This document shows positions 40,266 to 52,236 of a stretch of 64,000 nucleotides of DNA, piece by piece. Source of the DNA: Longimicrobiales bacterium (GTDB lineage Bacteria; Gemmatimonadota; Gemmatimonadetes; Longimicrobiales; Gaopeijiaceae); assembly GCA_965226375.1 (NCBI GenBank), contig CBDDCX010000008.1:1920001-1984000 (forward strand). Reading direction: 5' to 3'. Position numbers and translations under genes: made by a program. The notes under the pieces are model-generated. The model was not told the origin of the DNA. It searched no databases and was given only the letters and a program-made list of their open reading frames with translations. Every line of letters starts with the position of its first letter. The stretch's first letter is position 1.

Positions 40266-41831
40266 CCTCTCTGCCAACGTACGTGAGACACGGAGCACGC
40301 AAAGAATTAGAGTAGGGCGAAGGCAGAGAAAACGAACATGTTGGGACTGCGAGAGAGAATGGCAGAGAATGGTAGTGCCCCTGGAACCGGGGAGGCCAAG
40401 CGAAGCGCGGCAGCTCCTGCGGACCCGGAGGTAGTAGATAGGCCGCTACGGCGGCGGTTCAGTCCGTCGTACAAGCTGCGGATCGTCGAAGAAGCGGACC
40501 GGTGCACCGAGCCCGGCGAGGTGGGTCAAGTCCTGCGGCGAGAGGGCCTGTACTCGTCGCACCTGACGACGTGGCGCAAGGCGGCGCATAGCGGGTCGCT
40601 GAAGGCCCTGTCGAAGAAACGCGGCCGCAAGCCGGAGCGAAATCCGCTGGATGAGAAGGTACGCAAGCTGGAGCGGCGAAACGCACGGCTCGGGAATGAG
40701 CTCAGGAAGGCACACCTGATCATCGACGTGCAGGGAAAAGTTGCGGGGCTGCTGGGGATAAGCCTCGACGACGGGACAAACTCTTGAAGGCGGCCGATGA
40801 GCTGGCTAAGCACGTCGGTGTAAAACCGGCGTGCGCGGCCCTCGAGGTCTCCCGATCGACGTTGTACCGTCGTCGAGGCCCATCAACCGGGCAACAGCAG
40901 CCCCGCCCGACGCCCGCCCGGGCATTGAGCGAGACGGAACGAGGCGAGGTCTTCGACACGCTGTGTTCGGAGCGGTTCGTGGACCGCTCACCCGCCGAGG
41001 TGGTGGCCACGCTGCTCGACGAAGAGGTCTACCTGTGCAGCGAACGCACGATGTATCGTGTTCTGGCCTCCGAGGTGCCGGTTCAGGAACGCCGGGCGCA
41101 GCGCACCCATCCCGAGTACAAGAAGCCCGAGTTGATGGCCACGGCGCCGAACCAGGTGTGGTCCTGGGATATCACGCGGCTGCTCGGGCCGAAGAAGTGG
41201 AGCTATTACTACCTCTACGTCATCATGGACATCTACAGCCGCTACGTCGTGGGCTGGATGGTGGCGGACCGGGAGAACTCGGCCCTGGCCGGCCGGTTGA
41301 TCCAGCAGAGCTGCCTGAAGCATGGCGTCCAGCCCCGGGTCCTGACCCTGCACTCGGATCGGGGAGCTCCAATGACGAGCCAATGCACCGCTCAACTTCT
41401 CGCTGACCTCGGCGTGACCCGCTCGTTGAGCCGGCCTCAGGTGTCGGATGACAACCCGTTTTCCGAGGCTCAGTTCAAAACCTTGAAGTACCATCCCTCG
41501 TTTCCCGGACGGTTCGGGGATCAGGGCCAAGCCAAGACGTTCTGTCGATCGTTCTTCCGCTGGTACAATGCCGAGCACCGCCATGGCGGCATCTCGATGC
41601 TAACCCCCGAGCAGGTCCACTTCGGGAACGCCGATCAGGTCATTGCCGGCAGGAAATCCGTGCTCCGCGAAGCATGGGCCGCTCATCCCGAACGCTTCGT
41701 CAGAGGTGTGCCGAATCCCAAACCGCTCCCGGAGGCCGTCTTCATCAATCCTCCCATCCCTTCCCTCACCACACAGGACATTGCTCTCTAATTAATCCCG
41801 TAGAGTGTCCCATTGTCGTTGACAGGTTCCG
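40266..41831 (+). mobile_element. IS3-family element, full length
   Basis: orfA 40338..40787 overlapping orfB 40784..41791 (PNQVWSWDIT, HSDRG, DNPFSEAQFKTLKY); imperfect IRs CTG(C/T)CAACG..GACAC. Confidence 0.92.
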
Positions 41832-41924
41832 CTGCGCCGGCTCGGGTCAGTCGCTGCTCGTATTGCAGGTTTGTCCCAGACACTGGGATGGCGGGCAGTT
41901 TCTCGGCCGCAGGAGAAACGAACC

Positions 41925-42071
41925 ATGTACAGGACACCGACCTCATCAGGAGGCGCCGGATTCTTCACCTTCTTACTCCTAGTCTTTGGTGCCCTGTACC
42001 TGGGGGCGTGTCCGGATTCCACGGGGACGCTCGAGCCACAGGAAGCACAGGTTCGTCCCTGGAGCTACTAG
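41925..42071 (+). CDS. Possible small lipoprotein (48 aa)
   Basis: AGGAGA RBS, hydrophobic stretch, LGAC lipobox. Confidence 0.4.
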   Translation: MYRTPTSSGGAGFFTFLLLVFGALYLGACPDSTGTLEPQEAQVRPWSY

Positions 42072-42402
42072 ACGTCTCTTGGAACCGGACACCGGTATTG
42101 AGCGGCTAACAGGAGTACCAGGCGGCTAACTGGGTGCCGACCCAGCCCGTCGGAGGTAACGAACGGCGCTCGAGCGGTTGTTCAGAGACGCTCGAGCGGG
42201 GGAGCGGAGCCTGCCCAACGGTTGGCAAGCGACCTCGACACCGCACCGACGCCACTCGCGTTTCGGTGTGGCATGACCCATACATTCGGCCTTCCGGCGG
42301 GCGGCCCAGCCTTGACAGTTACGAGCGTCCTTTATCATATGTAGGCGCTTCCTCCTCGTTCAGGGTGCGGCGCAGAGCGCCCCCACCACAGGGACCAAGG
42401 GC

Positions 42403-42570
42403 ATGATCCGGACTCAGGCACTGACATTTAGCCTTGACGGCCTTCGACTTACCGGTCTTCTTCGGCCGATGAGAGGGCACCGGTTGTGCGGCTCGGGACG
42501 ACCTGAGCAAGCAGAACAGGAAGCGCGAAACGCGCGGGCCCTCTCGGAGACGAGGGGGCCCGCTTTTTTT
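42403..42570 (+). promoter_or_regulatory. Leucine attenuator: Leu-rich leader plus terminator hairpin
   Basis: MIRTQALTFSLDGLRLTGLL (five CTT codons); GCGGGCCCTCTCG-GAGA-CGAGGGGGCCCGC-T7 at 42534-42570; TTGACA at 42312. Confidence 0.8.
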
Positions 42571-42591
42571 GGGCGTTGCATAGGAAGGACC

Positions 42592-44148
42592 ATGGCCAAG
42601 ATCACAGTGTTCGATACGACGCTCAGGGACGGTGAACAGTCTCCGGGTTGCACCATGTCCACCGCCGAGAAGCTCAGGATGGCTCATCAGCTCGACGAGC
42701 TGGGTGTGGACGTCATCGAAGCGGGCTTCCCGGTAGCGTCGGAGGACGATTTCAACGGCGTCCGCTCCATCGTGCGCGAGGTGCGCAGACCCATCATTGC
42801 CGCCCTAGCGCGAGCGCACCCCGTCGATGTGGAGCGTGCCGCCGAGGCGGTCGAGGAAGCCCAGCACCCACGAGTGCATGTCTTCATCGCCACCTCCGAC
42901 ATCCACCTCGAGCACAAGCTCGAGATCACTCGCGACGAATGTCTCCGCCGGGTGGTAGAGTCGGTGGAGAGAGCTCGACAGCTCTCCGACGATGTGGAGT
43001 TCAGCGCAGAAGACGCGACCCGGACGGATCCAGGGTTTCTCTGTCAGGTCGCGCAGGCGGCCATGGAGGCAGGCGCCACCACCATCAATATCCCCGATAC
43101 CGTCGGCTACACCCTTCCCGGAGAATACGCCGCGCTCATGAAGACGCTGTTCCGCGACGTGGAGGGCCTGGATCAGGTCGTGGTCAGCGTACACTGCCAT
43201 GACGATCTAGGGGTGGCGGTGGCGAACTCTCTGGCCGCCATCGATGCGGGAGCGCGACAAGTAGAGTGCACCGTCAACGGTATCGGAGAGCGTGCCGGCA
43301 ACGCGTCTCTGGAAGAGATCGTGATGGCACTCAAGGTGCGCGGCGACTTGACCGAGCACTACACGGATGTCAACACACGCGCCCTCTACAAGGCGAGCCA
43401 ACTCCTGTCGCATCTGACCGGGACACACCCTCAGGCCAACAAAGCCATCGTGGGAAAGAACGCGTTCGCTCATGAGGCCGGCATCCATCAGCACGGCATG
43501 CTGAAGGACAAGATGACCTACGAGATCATGACACCCGCAATGGTCGGAGCGCCGGACACCAACCTGGTTCTGGGTAAGCACTCGGGCCGGGCCGGACTCA
43601 AGAACCGCTACGAGGAGCTGGGCTACGAGCTGGAGCCCGAGGAGTTGGACCGGGCGTATAAGCTGTTCACCCTTCTGGCCGACCAGAAGAAAACCGTGCT
43701 GGACGAGGACTTGCTCGTGATCCTGCACCATGGGGCGATGGTGGATACTCCCCGATCGTTCAAACTTGTGGAGTTGGACGTGCACTGTGGGGGAGAGTGG
43801 TCTACCGCACGTGTCCGACTCACCCACGGTGACGGTCAGCCCATGGAAGGATCCAGCAAGGGAGACGGACCCATTGCAGCGGCGTTCTCGGCCATCGACG
43901 AGTTGATCGATGGCACGGTGGAGATCGTGGACTTCGAGATCGTTTCGGCCACGCCGGGTCGCGACGCCGTCGGTGAAGTCAACCTTCACGCTCGCATCGG
44001 CGGCAAGACGTTCGCCGGCAGTGGAGCGTCGACCGACGTCGTCGATGCCGCAGCTCGCGCCTACGTAAACGTCCTCAACAAGGCGGAACAGGCCAAGGCG
44101 CTGGAGGGCATGGAGCTGGAGCAGGAAAGCTACCTGTGGGGCGTCTGA
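42592..44148 (+). CDS. leuA: 2-isopropylmalate synthase
   Basis: [35 protein letters not shown]. Confidence 0.97.
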   Translation: MAKITVFDTTLRDGEQSPGCTMSTAEKLRMAHQLDELGVDVIEAGFPVASEDDFNGVRSIVREVRRPIIAALARAHPVDVERAAEAVEEAQHPRVHVFIATSDIHLEHKLEITRDECLRRVVESVERARQLSDDVEFSAEDATRTDPGFLCQVAQAAMEAGATTINIPDTVGYTLPGEYAALMKTLFRDVEGLDQVVVSVHCHDDLGVAVANSLAAIDAGARQVECTVNGIGERAGNASLEEIVMALKVRGDLTEHYTDVNTRALYKASQLLSHLTGTHPQANKAIVGKNAFAHEAGIHQHGMLKDKMTYEIMTPAMVGAPDTNLVLGKHSGRAGLKNRYEELGYELEPEELDRAYKLFTLLADQKKTVLDEDLLVILHHGAMVDTPRSFKLVELDVHCGGEWSTARVRLTHGDGQPMEGSSKGDGPIAAAFSAIDELIDGTVEIVDFEIVSATPGRDAVGEVNLHARIGGKTFAGSGASTDVVDAAARAYVNVLNKAEQAKALEGMELEQESYLWGV

Positions 44149-44149
44149 C

Positions 44150-45292
44150 GTGAGGTGGCAGATCGCCGTTCTTCCCGGAGATGGAGTCGGCCCTGAGGTA
44201 ACCGACGCGGCCGTGCGAGTGCTTCGTGCAACCGCGGAGCGGTTCGGGCATGATGCCGATCTACGGTTCCACGACGTGGGGTGGACGGCTTACGACCGTC
44301 AGGGCGTGCCACTGCCCGACTCCACGCTGGAGGCATGCAGGTCGGCGGACGCCGTGCTCCTGGGGGCCGTAGGAGACCCGCGCGGAGACGGCCTCGATCC
44401 CGAGCTACGCCCCGAGGCGGCGCTCCTCGCGCTGCGGCAGGAGATGGGGTGCTTCGCCAATCTCCGCCCTGTGCGCCTCGTGCCCGCGCTCGCAGAAGCG
44501 TCTCCGCTCCGTCGTGACCGCGTGGAAAATACGGACCTGGTCATCGTGCGGGAGCTGGCCGGCGGGCTGTACTACGGGCAACCGCGTGGACCTGTCGACG
44601 ACGGTCAGGCTGCCCTGGATACCATGAAGTACAGCCGCGAGGAGGTGGTCAGGATCGCCAGGGTGGCGTTCGACACGGCCCGAATCAGGCGCAAGCAGGT
44701 TCTCTCGATCGACAAGGCGAACGTGCTGCATAGCTCTCGGCTTTGGCGTGAGGTTGTCGAGGGTGTAGCGCAGAACTACCCGGACGTCGAGTGCACTCAC
44801 ATGCTGGTCGACCGGGCCGCCATGGAGCTGGTGCTCAACCCTGCTCAGCTCGACGTGATGCTCACCGCGAACCTGTTCGGCGACATACTGAGTGATGAGG
44901 CCGCCGCGGTGGTAGGGTCCATCGGGCTGCTCGCTTCCGCCAGCATCGGCGGTGGCGGTGGCATCTTCGAGCCGGTCCATGGCTCCGCTCCGGACATCGC
45001 CGGGACGGGCACGGCGAACCCCCTTGCCATGATCCTGTCGACGGCGCTCCTGCTCCGTCACGTCTACGAAAACGAGGTGGAGGCCACGGCCATCGAGACG
45101 GCGGTGGAGCAGGTTCTCGGAGGTGGATTGCGGACGCCGGATCTGGCTCGGGGCGGTGAGGCTACGGTGGGGACGGAAGCGATGGGCGTAGCCGTTGCCG
45201 AGGCCGTGAGCCGAGCCAACCCTGCGGATTCCGAAGCCGGGTCCGTGACCGGTGGCGACGGTTCGAGCGAAGAGGGCCCCTCCCATGCCTAG
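44150..45292 (+). CDS. leuB: 3-isopropylmalate dehydrogenase
   Basis: [38 protein letters not shown]. Confidence 0.97.
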   Translation: MRWQIAVLPGDGVGPEVTDAAVRVLRATAERFGHDADLRFHDVGWTAYDRQGVPLPDSTLEACRSADAVLLGAVGDPRGDGLDPELRPEAALLALRQEMGCFANLRPVRLVPALAEASPLRRDRVENTDLVIVRELAGGLYYGQPRGPVDDGQAALDTMKYSREEVVRIARVAFDTARIRRKQVLSIDKANVLHSSRLWREVVEGVAQNYPDVECTHMLVDRAAMELVLNPAQLDVMLTANLFGDILSDEAAAVVGSIGLLASASIGGGGGIFEPVHGSAPDIAGTGTANPLAMILSTALLLRHVYENEVEATAIETAVEQVLGGGLRTPDLARGGEATVGTEAMGVAVAEAVSRANPADSEAGSVTGGDGSSEEGPSHA

Positions 45293-46685
45293 AACGATGC
45301 TCGACAAGATCTGGGACGCCCATGTGGTGCACAGCGAGGAGGGCCGACCGGATCTGCTGTACATCGATCTCCACATCCTCCACGAGGTCACCTCGGCACA
45401 GGCGTTCGAGGGACTTCGGCTGGCGGGCCGCCCGGTCCGACGTCCGGAGCTCTGCGTGGCCACCGTCGATCACAACGTGCCGACGACGGATCGCAGCCTT
45501 CCCATCCTCGATGACCTGGCTCGCCTTCAGATCGAGGCGCTGAGGAAGAACGCCGCCGAGTTCGGGGTCGAGCTCTTCGACATCGACAGCCCGCATCAGG
45601 GGATCGTGCACGTCATCGGACCGGAGATGGGCTTCACCCACCCCGGCATGACGATCGTTTGCGGAGACAGCCACACGTCGACCCATGGTGCGTTCGGAGC
45701 GCTGGCCATGGGAATCGGCACCTCCCAGGTCGAGCACGTGTTGGCGACCCAGTGCATGCCTCGGGCCCGGCCCAGGTCCATGGAGATCCGGGTCGACGGC
45801 CAGCTGCCCCCCGGAGTGACCGCCAAGGACCTGATCCTCGGGATCATCGCTCGAATCGGGATCGGTGGAGGCACCGGTCACGTGATCGAGTACACGGGTC
45901 CGGCGGTCCGGGCGCTCTCCATGGAGGGGCGCATGACGGTCTGCAACATGTCCATCGAAGCAGGTGCACGTGCCGGCATGATCGCTCCCGACGAAACGAC
46001 ATTCGCGTATCTCGAGGGACGGCCACGAGCTCCGCAGGGTGAGGCGTTCGGGCAAGCCGTATCGCGCTGGCGCGGGCTCGCCACCGATGAGGGGGCGACC
46101 TTCGACGAGACTGTGGAAATCGATGCCACCTCGCTCGAGCCCTTCGTCACCTGGGGGACCAACCCTGGTATGTCGATACCGGTCACGGGGCGCATACCAC
46201 ACGCCGAGTCGGGCGAGTCGGAAGACGATCGGAAGGCCTTGGAGCGGGCTCTAGCCTACATGGATCTGAAACCCGGCACACCCATCCAGGATGTCTCCAT
46301 CGATCGGGTCTTCCTGGGATCATGCACCAACGCCCGAATCGATGATCTGCGGGCTGCTGCCTCGGTCTTGGCCGGACACAAGGTGCACCAAGACGTGCGG
46401 GCGATGGTCGTGCCCGGATCGGCGGCCGTGAAGAAGGCCGCCGAAGACGAGGGCCTCGACCAGGTCTTCATCGAAGCCGGCTTCGAGTGGCGAGAGGCCG
46501 GATGCTCCATGTGTCTGGGAATGAACCCGGACATTCTGGGTCCCGGCGAACGTTGTGTGTCGACCTCGAATCGTAATTTCGAGGGACGCCAGGGCCGGGG
46601 TGGACGGACACACCTGGTGAGTCCTGAAATGGCGGCGGCCGCAGCCGTGGCAGGTCACTTTGTCGACATCCGGGACTGGATCTGA
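45285..46685 (+). CDS. leuC: 3-isopropylmalate dehydratase large subunit
   Basis: [49 protein letters not shown]. Confidence 0.97.
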   Translation: MPRTMLDKIWDAHVVHSEEGRPDLLYIDLHILHEVTSAQAFEGLRLAGRPVRRPELCVATVDHNVPTTDRSLPILDDLARLQIEALRKNAAEFGVELFDIDSPHQGIVHVIGPEMGFTHPGMTIVCGDSHTSTHGAFGALAMGIGTSQVEHVLATQCMPRARPRSMEIRVDGQLPPGVTAKDLILGIIARIGIGGGTGHVIEYTGPAVRALSMEGRMTVCNMSIEAGARAGMIAPDETTFAYLEGRPRAPQGEAFGQAVSRWRGLATDEGATFDETVEIDATSLEPFVTWGTNPGMSIPVTGRIPHAESGESEDDRKALERALAYMDLKPGTPIQDVSIDRVFLGSCTNARIDDLRAAASVLAGHKVHQDVRAMVVPGSAAVKKAAEDEGLDQVFIEAGFEWREAGCSMCLGMNPDILGPGERCVSTSNRNFEGRQGRGGRTHLVSPEMAAAAAVAGHFVDIRDWI

Positions 46686-46688
46686 GCG

Positions 46689-47288
46689 ATGGAACCGTTC
46701 ACGAAACACACGGGTCTGGTCGCGCCGCTCGATCGCGTCGACGTAGACACCGATCAGATCATCCCGAAGCAGTTCCTGAAGCGCATCGAGCGCACCGGAT
46801 ATGGCCAGTTCCTCTTCAACGACTGGCGCACTCGTGAGGACGGATCGACGAATCCGGACTTTCCCCTCAATCGTCCCCAGTACGCAAGGGCGAGTGTTCT
46901 CATTGCCGGCCGTAATTTCGGGTGTGGCTCGTCCCGCGAGCACGCAGCGTGGGCCCTCAGCGATTACGGATTTCGTGCCGTCATCGCACCGAGCTTCGCG
47001 GACATCTTCCGGAGCAACAGCTTCCAGAACGGTCTGCTTCCCATCCAGTTGACGGAAGAGGAAGTCGGGCATGCGATGGCAGCGGCCCTGACCGGCGACG
47101 GATATGCCCTGACGGTAGACCTGGAGGCTCAGCGGGTCAGCGATCGTGCGGGCTGGAAGGCCGACTTCCATGTCGATGCGTTCCGGCGACACTGCCTGCT
47201 CAACGGGTTGGACGATATCGCGTTGACGCTACAGGTCGAGGACCGGATCCAGTCGTTCGAGAACAAGCGGAGGGCGACGGGCGGCTGA
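46689..47288 (+). CDS. leuD: 3-isopropylmalate dehydratase small subunit
   Basis: [22 protein letters not shown]. Confidence 0.97.
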   Translation: MEPFTKHTGLVAPLDRVDVDTDQIIPKQFLKRIERTGYGQFLFNDWRTREDGSTNPDFPLNRPQYARASVLIAGRNFGCGSSREHAAWALSDYGFRAVIAPSFADIFRSNSFQNGLLPIQLTEEEVGHAMAAALTGDGYALTVDLEAQRVSDRAGWKADFHVDAFRRHCLLNGLDDIALTLQVEDRIQSFENKRRATGG

Positions 47289-47387
47289 GGTGCGAAACCG
47301 GCACTCCCCGACGCCCGTAGGCTCCGGTGGGGAGAGACATCCCCGCGGTGCCTGATCAGCCCTCGACCCTCACCCGAGTCACATGTC

Positions 47388-49834
47388 ATGGAACGCCTGA
47401 TCCGAGACGTCCGCTACGCCGCCCGCCGCCTTCTCAAGAAGCCCGTGTTCACCGGCACGGCCATCGTCTCTCTAGCCATCGGCATCGGTGCGAATACGGC
47501 GATCTTCAGCATCGTGAACGCGGTCATTCTGAGGGATCTCCCTTTGGAGAGCCCGGAGGAACTCGTCGACGTGTACCGGAGCGTGGCCGGGTTCTCGCAC
47601 GCACCGCTCTCCTTTCCCGACATCGAAGACCTGAGGCGCGAGACGGCTGATGTCTTCAGCGAAGTTGCGGGCTCTCGAATAAGCTTCATCCAGACCGACG
47701 TCGACGGCGGTGTGGAGATGATCCCCGCGGAACTGGTGAGCGGCGCCTACTTCCCTCTACTCGGCGTGCCGGCCCACATCGGTAGAACGCTGCTTCCCGA
47801 GGACGACGTCGCCTCGGGTGGTCACTACGTGGTGATGCTCGACTACAGCTATTGGCAGCGACGTTATGGCGGCGACCCGTCGATCGTGGGTCAGGAGATC
47901 AGGCTCAACGGGCGCGCGTATTCCATCGTGGGCGTGGGACCCGAGGAGTACACGGGCAACCTGCCGGGGCTCGCGCCGCAGCTATACGCATCGACGATGA
48001 TGGTGGGACATCTCAACCCTTCCAATACCGATGAGCTCCAGGCTCGCGACAACCAGAGCACCTTCGTCAAGGCGCGGCTGCTACCGGGTGTCTCCCTCGT
48101 CCAGGCCAGTGCCGTCACGGACCGGTTGGCGATCTCCCTCAAGCAGCAGTATCCCGACTCCTGGCAGGCCGACAACGTACGCTGGTCGCCACGGACGACG
48201 TCATCATGAACCCCATGATCGACCGCATCCTGGTCCCAGCAGCGACCCTGATGATGACGGTGGTGGGGCTGATCTTGCTGATCGCCTGCGCGAACCTGGC
48301 CAGCTTCCTGCTCGCCCAGGCGGCGGACCGGAAGAAGGAGGTCGCGATTCGACTGGCCATGGGCGCGCGGCGCGGTACGCTGATCCGGCAGTTGCTGACG
48401 GAAAGCGTTCTGCTGGCCACGGCCGGTGGCGCGGCCGGCGTGCTCCTGGCGTCCGGGATGTTGAAGGGCCTGGTGGCCGCCGACCTGCCACTTCCCTTCC
48501 CGATCACGCTGGATCTGAGTCTGAACATGACGGTTCTCGCGTTCAGCATCACCCTCACCGTGGTTGCCGGTCTGCTGTTTGGACTGGCGCCGGCCCTCCA
48601 GGCCAGCCGGGCAGACGTCGCCTCTACCTTGAAAAACGAAGGTACAGGGGGGGGGCGCCCGGGCCGGGTGACGCTTCGGAGCGCACTGGTCGTCACTCAA
48701 GTCGCGGTGTCCCTCATGCTCCTTATCGGAGCCGGACTGTTCCTCAGAAGTCTCCAGGCCCGCGTAGCGGTGGATCCGGGCTTCGGAGACGCCCCAGCCG
48801 CTATCGTCACAGTACAAACGGCACCCGACCGGTACTCGACAGACGAGGCACGGGTGTTCTTCCGTACCTTGCTAGCGGAGGCGCACCAGCTCCCGGGAGT
48901 GACCGCTGTGGGCATGTCCGGCGACCTGAATCTGAACCCCCTGAACACGCGCACGATGGGCGTGGAGGTCGACGGTGTCGAACCGCCCCCGGGCCAGGAC
49001 TACCATACGGTCGATTGGGCCAACGTAGACGCCGGCTTCTTCGAGGCAGTGGGCATTCCCATCCTGGAGGGTCGTGGCTTCGAAGCGACCGACGAGGCTG
49101 ACGCTCCCTGGGTGGTGATCGTAAGCGAGGCCATGGCGCGTCGATTCTGGCCCGACGGCCAAGCCGTGGGCCGGACCTTCCGGCGCAACGATACCGAGTA
49201 CACCGTCGTGGGCCTCGCCCGCGACGCGAAAGTGCGCTCCTTGGGAGAAGCGCCGCGGCCCTTCATCTATCGGCCCTTCGACCAGGCCTTCAGCACCGCC
49301 ATGACGGTCGTCGCCCGCACATCGGGGGATGCGAACGCGACGACGCTGGAGTTGGTGGCCATGGCTCGCCGCCTTGATCCCGAACTGATGATCTTCGAGG
49401 CCAAGACCATGGAGCGGCACCTGGCCGTGCCACTCCTTCCCCACCGGCTGTCGGCCGTTCTGGTATCCGCCTTCGGGTTCCTGGCTCTTCTGCTGGCCAG
49501 CATCGGACTATTCGGAGTGGTGAGCTACTCGGTGTCTACGCGGAGCCGAGAGGTGGGAACTCGCGTTTCGCTAGGAGCGCAGCCGGGCAGTGTGGTCCGC
49601 ATGCTGACGCGCGGGGGTATGCGACTCGTGGCGGTGGGTGGACTTATCGGGCTGGTCCTGTCGTTCCTGGGTGCACAACTCCTCGGTGGCCTGCTGTTCG
49701 GAATCGAAACCACCGATCCTACCGTGTTCGGTCTGGTGCCCTGCTTGCTGACGGCGGTGGCCTCGTTCGCCGCTTGGATACCGGCGAGGCGAGCGGGCCG
49801 AGTCGACCCGGTAAGCGCACTCAAGGCGGAGTAG
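47388..49834 (+). pseudogene. ADOP-family duplicated ABC permease, one frameshift near 48180
   Basis: ORFs 47388..48209 and 48206..49834 are the two halves (LAIGIGANTAIFS / LLIACANLAS / PARRAGRVDPVSALKAE). Confidence 0.88.
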
Positions 49835-50391
49835 AACAGGAGGCGTAGGGCCGGAGGCGATGCCGCAGACCCAGATCTCGTCACTGACCTCAATGGCGAC
49901 GGTTTTACGCCGGTGGACCCGAGCCGGAAAGCGCGGTCGCCGTTCCGCCCCTCATGCATGGCATCGGTCAGCGTAAAATAGTAGGATGCGGTTACTATGA
50001 GGCAGCAGAGTAAACGAGTCGCCTTGGGGATCGCCCCAAGCCCGACCGGGAGAGAATGAAATGAAATACTCGGCGTTGATCATCGGCCTCTACTCCATAT
50101 GTAGGGTGCGGCGTTTCCGAACCGGAGGACGCCCAGAGTTGTGAGTGTACGGAGGTCAGGATGGTTGACTTAGTCAACTATTTACTTGTGTTTGGCAACT
50201 AAATGTCCCTCGCGCGGCCAGAGACAGTTCGGTACTATGCCCGGACTCGCCAGGCCCGCACATAAGAAACCGACCGATGATCGAAGACACGGGACACACC
50301 CAGCGACTCGCCGCGGCCTTCGCGGACCACTACACGTCGTGATCACCAATGCGCTCAAAACGGGTGGCCGCGAGTAGTGCTCGCTCACTGC

Positions 50392-50577
50392 TTACTGCTC
50401 AGTTCCATCATGACCTGCCTCCTCTAAACGCTCTTCGATCCGGGCGAGGCGGGCCTCGATCCCCTTGAGTTGATGGAGGATCATGACGTGCGTCTTCTTG
50501 GCGTCGATTCCCACAGGGCTGCTCTCGCTACTGATCTCGTCTTCGATGGCCCGATATTCGTCCTCGGGAATGTTCAT
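50392..50577 (-). CDS. Small hypothetical protein
   Basis: GAGGAG RBS; MNIPEDEY...SPVGIDAKKTHVMIL, coiled-coil tail. Confidence 0.65.
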   Translation of the reverse strand: MNIPEDEYRAIEDEISSESSPVGIDAKKTHVMILHQLKGIEARLARIEERLEEAGHDGTEQ

Positions 50578-50776
50578 AACTGACTCCTCGCGTTGTTTTC
50601 GCGTGTGAAAACGGGGCACAAGGCGGTGAGGAGAACCATAGGTGAGCCCTACCCGGCCCGATAGGCACCCCGAGCCCGCTGTAGATCCCCTGGCCCAAGG
50701 ACTCGAGGGAGCGGAGATTGTCGGTGTAGTCGATTCAGCCGAGTCCGTCGGCGCAGCACTCCCAAGGAGGAATGTC

Positions 50777-51033
50777 ATGACCCGGTGTCTCCCTCGATCC
50801 CACGCCCTCGTCACCTCGTTCCTGGTGGGGCTGACCCTCGCACCTCCGGTGGCCCTGGCCCAACAGCGCACGGGTCGAGCATTCACGCCTGAGGACGCCC
50901 TCGACGTACGGACGGCCCGGATTCAGGACGTCTCCGACGATGGAGCGTGGATCGCCGCGACCGTGCAACGTCACCGCGACCGGCTCAACGTGGATCACGA
51001 GCGCTTCGGTGACCCCACGTATGTCTCGCCCTC
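50777..51033 (+). pseudogene. 5' fragment of a secreted, probably S9-peptidase-like protein
   Basis: AGGAGG RBS, signal peptide, FTPEDALD...VSDDGAWIA; breaks at the junction with the fdh fragment. Confidence 0.55.
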
Positions 51034-51195
51034 CGCGCAGTACGGGCATACGGTCTTGTACTCCCGTGCGTTGGAGATCTTGAGGTCGCGCGAAGCGGCG
51101 TAGGCGGGCTTCAGGTCGAAACCCAAGGTGCTGACCAGCGTGCCCCCTCCGGCGAGGGCGGAGAGCTTGAGAAGGTCTCTCCGAGAGATGTCCAT
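51033..51195 (-). pseudogene. 5' fragment of a Tat-exported formate dehydrogenase alpha subunit (FdnG/FdoG-like)
   Basis: MDISRRDLLK...LGFDLKPAYA...LKISNAREYKTVCPYCA, then truncated. Confidence 0.8.
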
Positions 51196-51429
51196 GGCCG
51201 GCTTTCTCCTCCCCACGTGTGTAGCGGATTCGAGGCATGCTGTGGCGCTGGACTGATAATAGGGAGTGCACCGGCCCGACGCCAAACCTCACGATTGGCG
51301 TTTCCACTCCTCAAGCGTATTGTGTCCGCCGAGATCCTCGGGCTCGCGGCCGACCGCCGCCCGGGAAACGTTTCAAGGCACGATGAATCCTCGGGTTGGC
51401 GCTCTCGGCAGCGCCAAAAGGAGAACGGC

Positions 51430-52236
51430 ATGGCGTCAGGCACGACCTCGCTTCCGGTGCGTCGGTCTTTCGGACAGACCACCCGCCCCGATGCGTGGTG
51501 GCTGCAGCCCGCGGCCGTCTTCTTGGGCCTCGGCGCGTTCATCGTCTACTCCACCTGGGCCGCCTTCCAGGGTGAGCATTACTCGTACGGGAATGACCTC
51601 TCTCCCTTCTACTCGCCAGAGCTCTTCGGAGCGACGCATCACGCCTGGTTCGGCCCGCAACCCAGTTGGTGGTTCAGTTGGCTCCCCTGGTCGCCGGCGT
51701 TTCTGATCCTGTGGGCGCCGGGGGGCTTCCGGATGACCTGCTACTACTACCGAGGGGCGTACTACAAGGCGTTCTGGGCCGACCCGCCCTCTTGTGCCGT
51801 GGGTGAGCCACGCAAGACGTACTGGGGGGAGCGATCGTTTCCCTTGATCCTCCAGAACGTGCACCGGTACTTCATGTATCTGGCGCTACTCTTTCTCGTC
51901 TTCCTCTCCATCGACGTGTGGAAGGCGCTCTGGTTCACCGATCCGGCTACCGGCGTCGAGACGTTCGGGCTGGGAGTCGGAACCCTGGTTCTGGCGATCA
52001 ACGTCATCCTGCTGGGCAGCTATACCCTCGGATGTCACTCGTTGCGGCACCTGGTGGGCGGCCGCCTCAACGTGATGTTCGACAGGCCGGTCCAGCGCGC
52101 CGCGCACGACTGTGTGAGCTGCCTCAATCGGCGCCACATGCTCTTCGCCTGGATGAGCCTCTGCTGGGTGGGCTTCACGGACGTCTACGTCCGCCTGTGC
52201 TCCATGGGGATTCTGACCGACCTGATGCTGTTCTGA
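51430..52236 (+). CDS. Succinate dehydrogenase membrane anchor (actinobacterial Sdh1-like)
   Basis: LSPFYSP, GFRMTCYYYRGAYY, PPSCAV, QNVHRYF, GCHSLRH; coupled to sdhA. Confidence 0.85.
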   Translation: MASGTTSLPVRRSFGQTTRPDAWWLQPAAVFLGLGAFIVYSTWAAFQGEHYSYGNDLSPFYSPELFGATHHAWFGPQPSWWFSWLPWSPAFLILWAPGGFRMTCYYYRGAYYKAFWADPPSCAVGEPRKTYWGERSFPLILQNVHRYFMYLALLFLVFLSIDVWKALWFTDPATGVETFGLGVGTLVLAINVILLGSYTLGCHSLRHLVGGRLNVMFDRPVQRAAHDCVSCLNRRHMLFAWMSLCWVGFTDVYVRLCSMGILTDLMLF

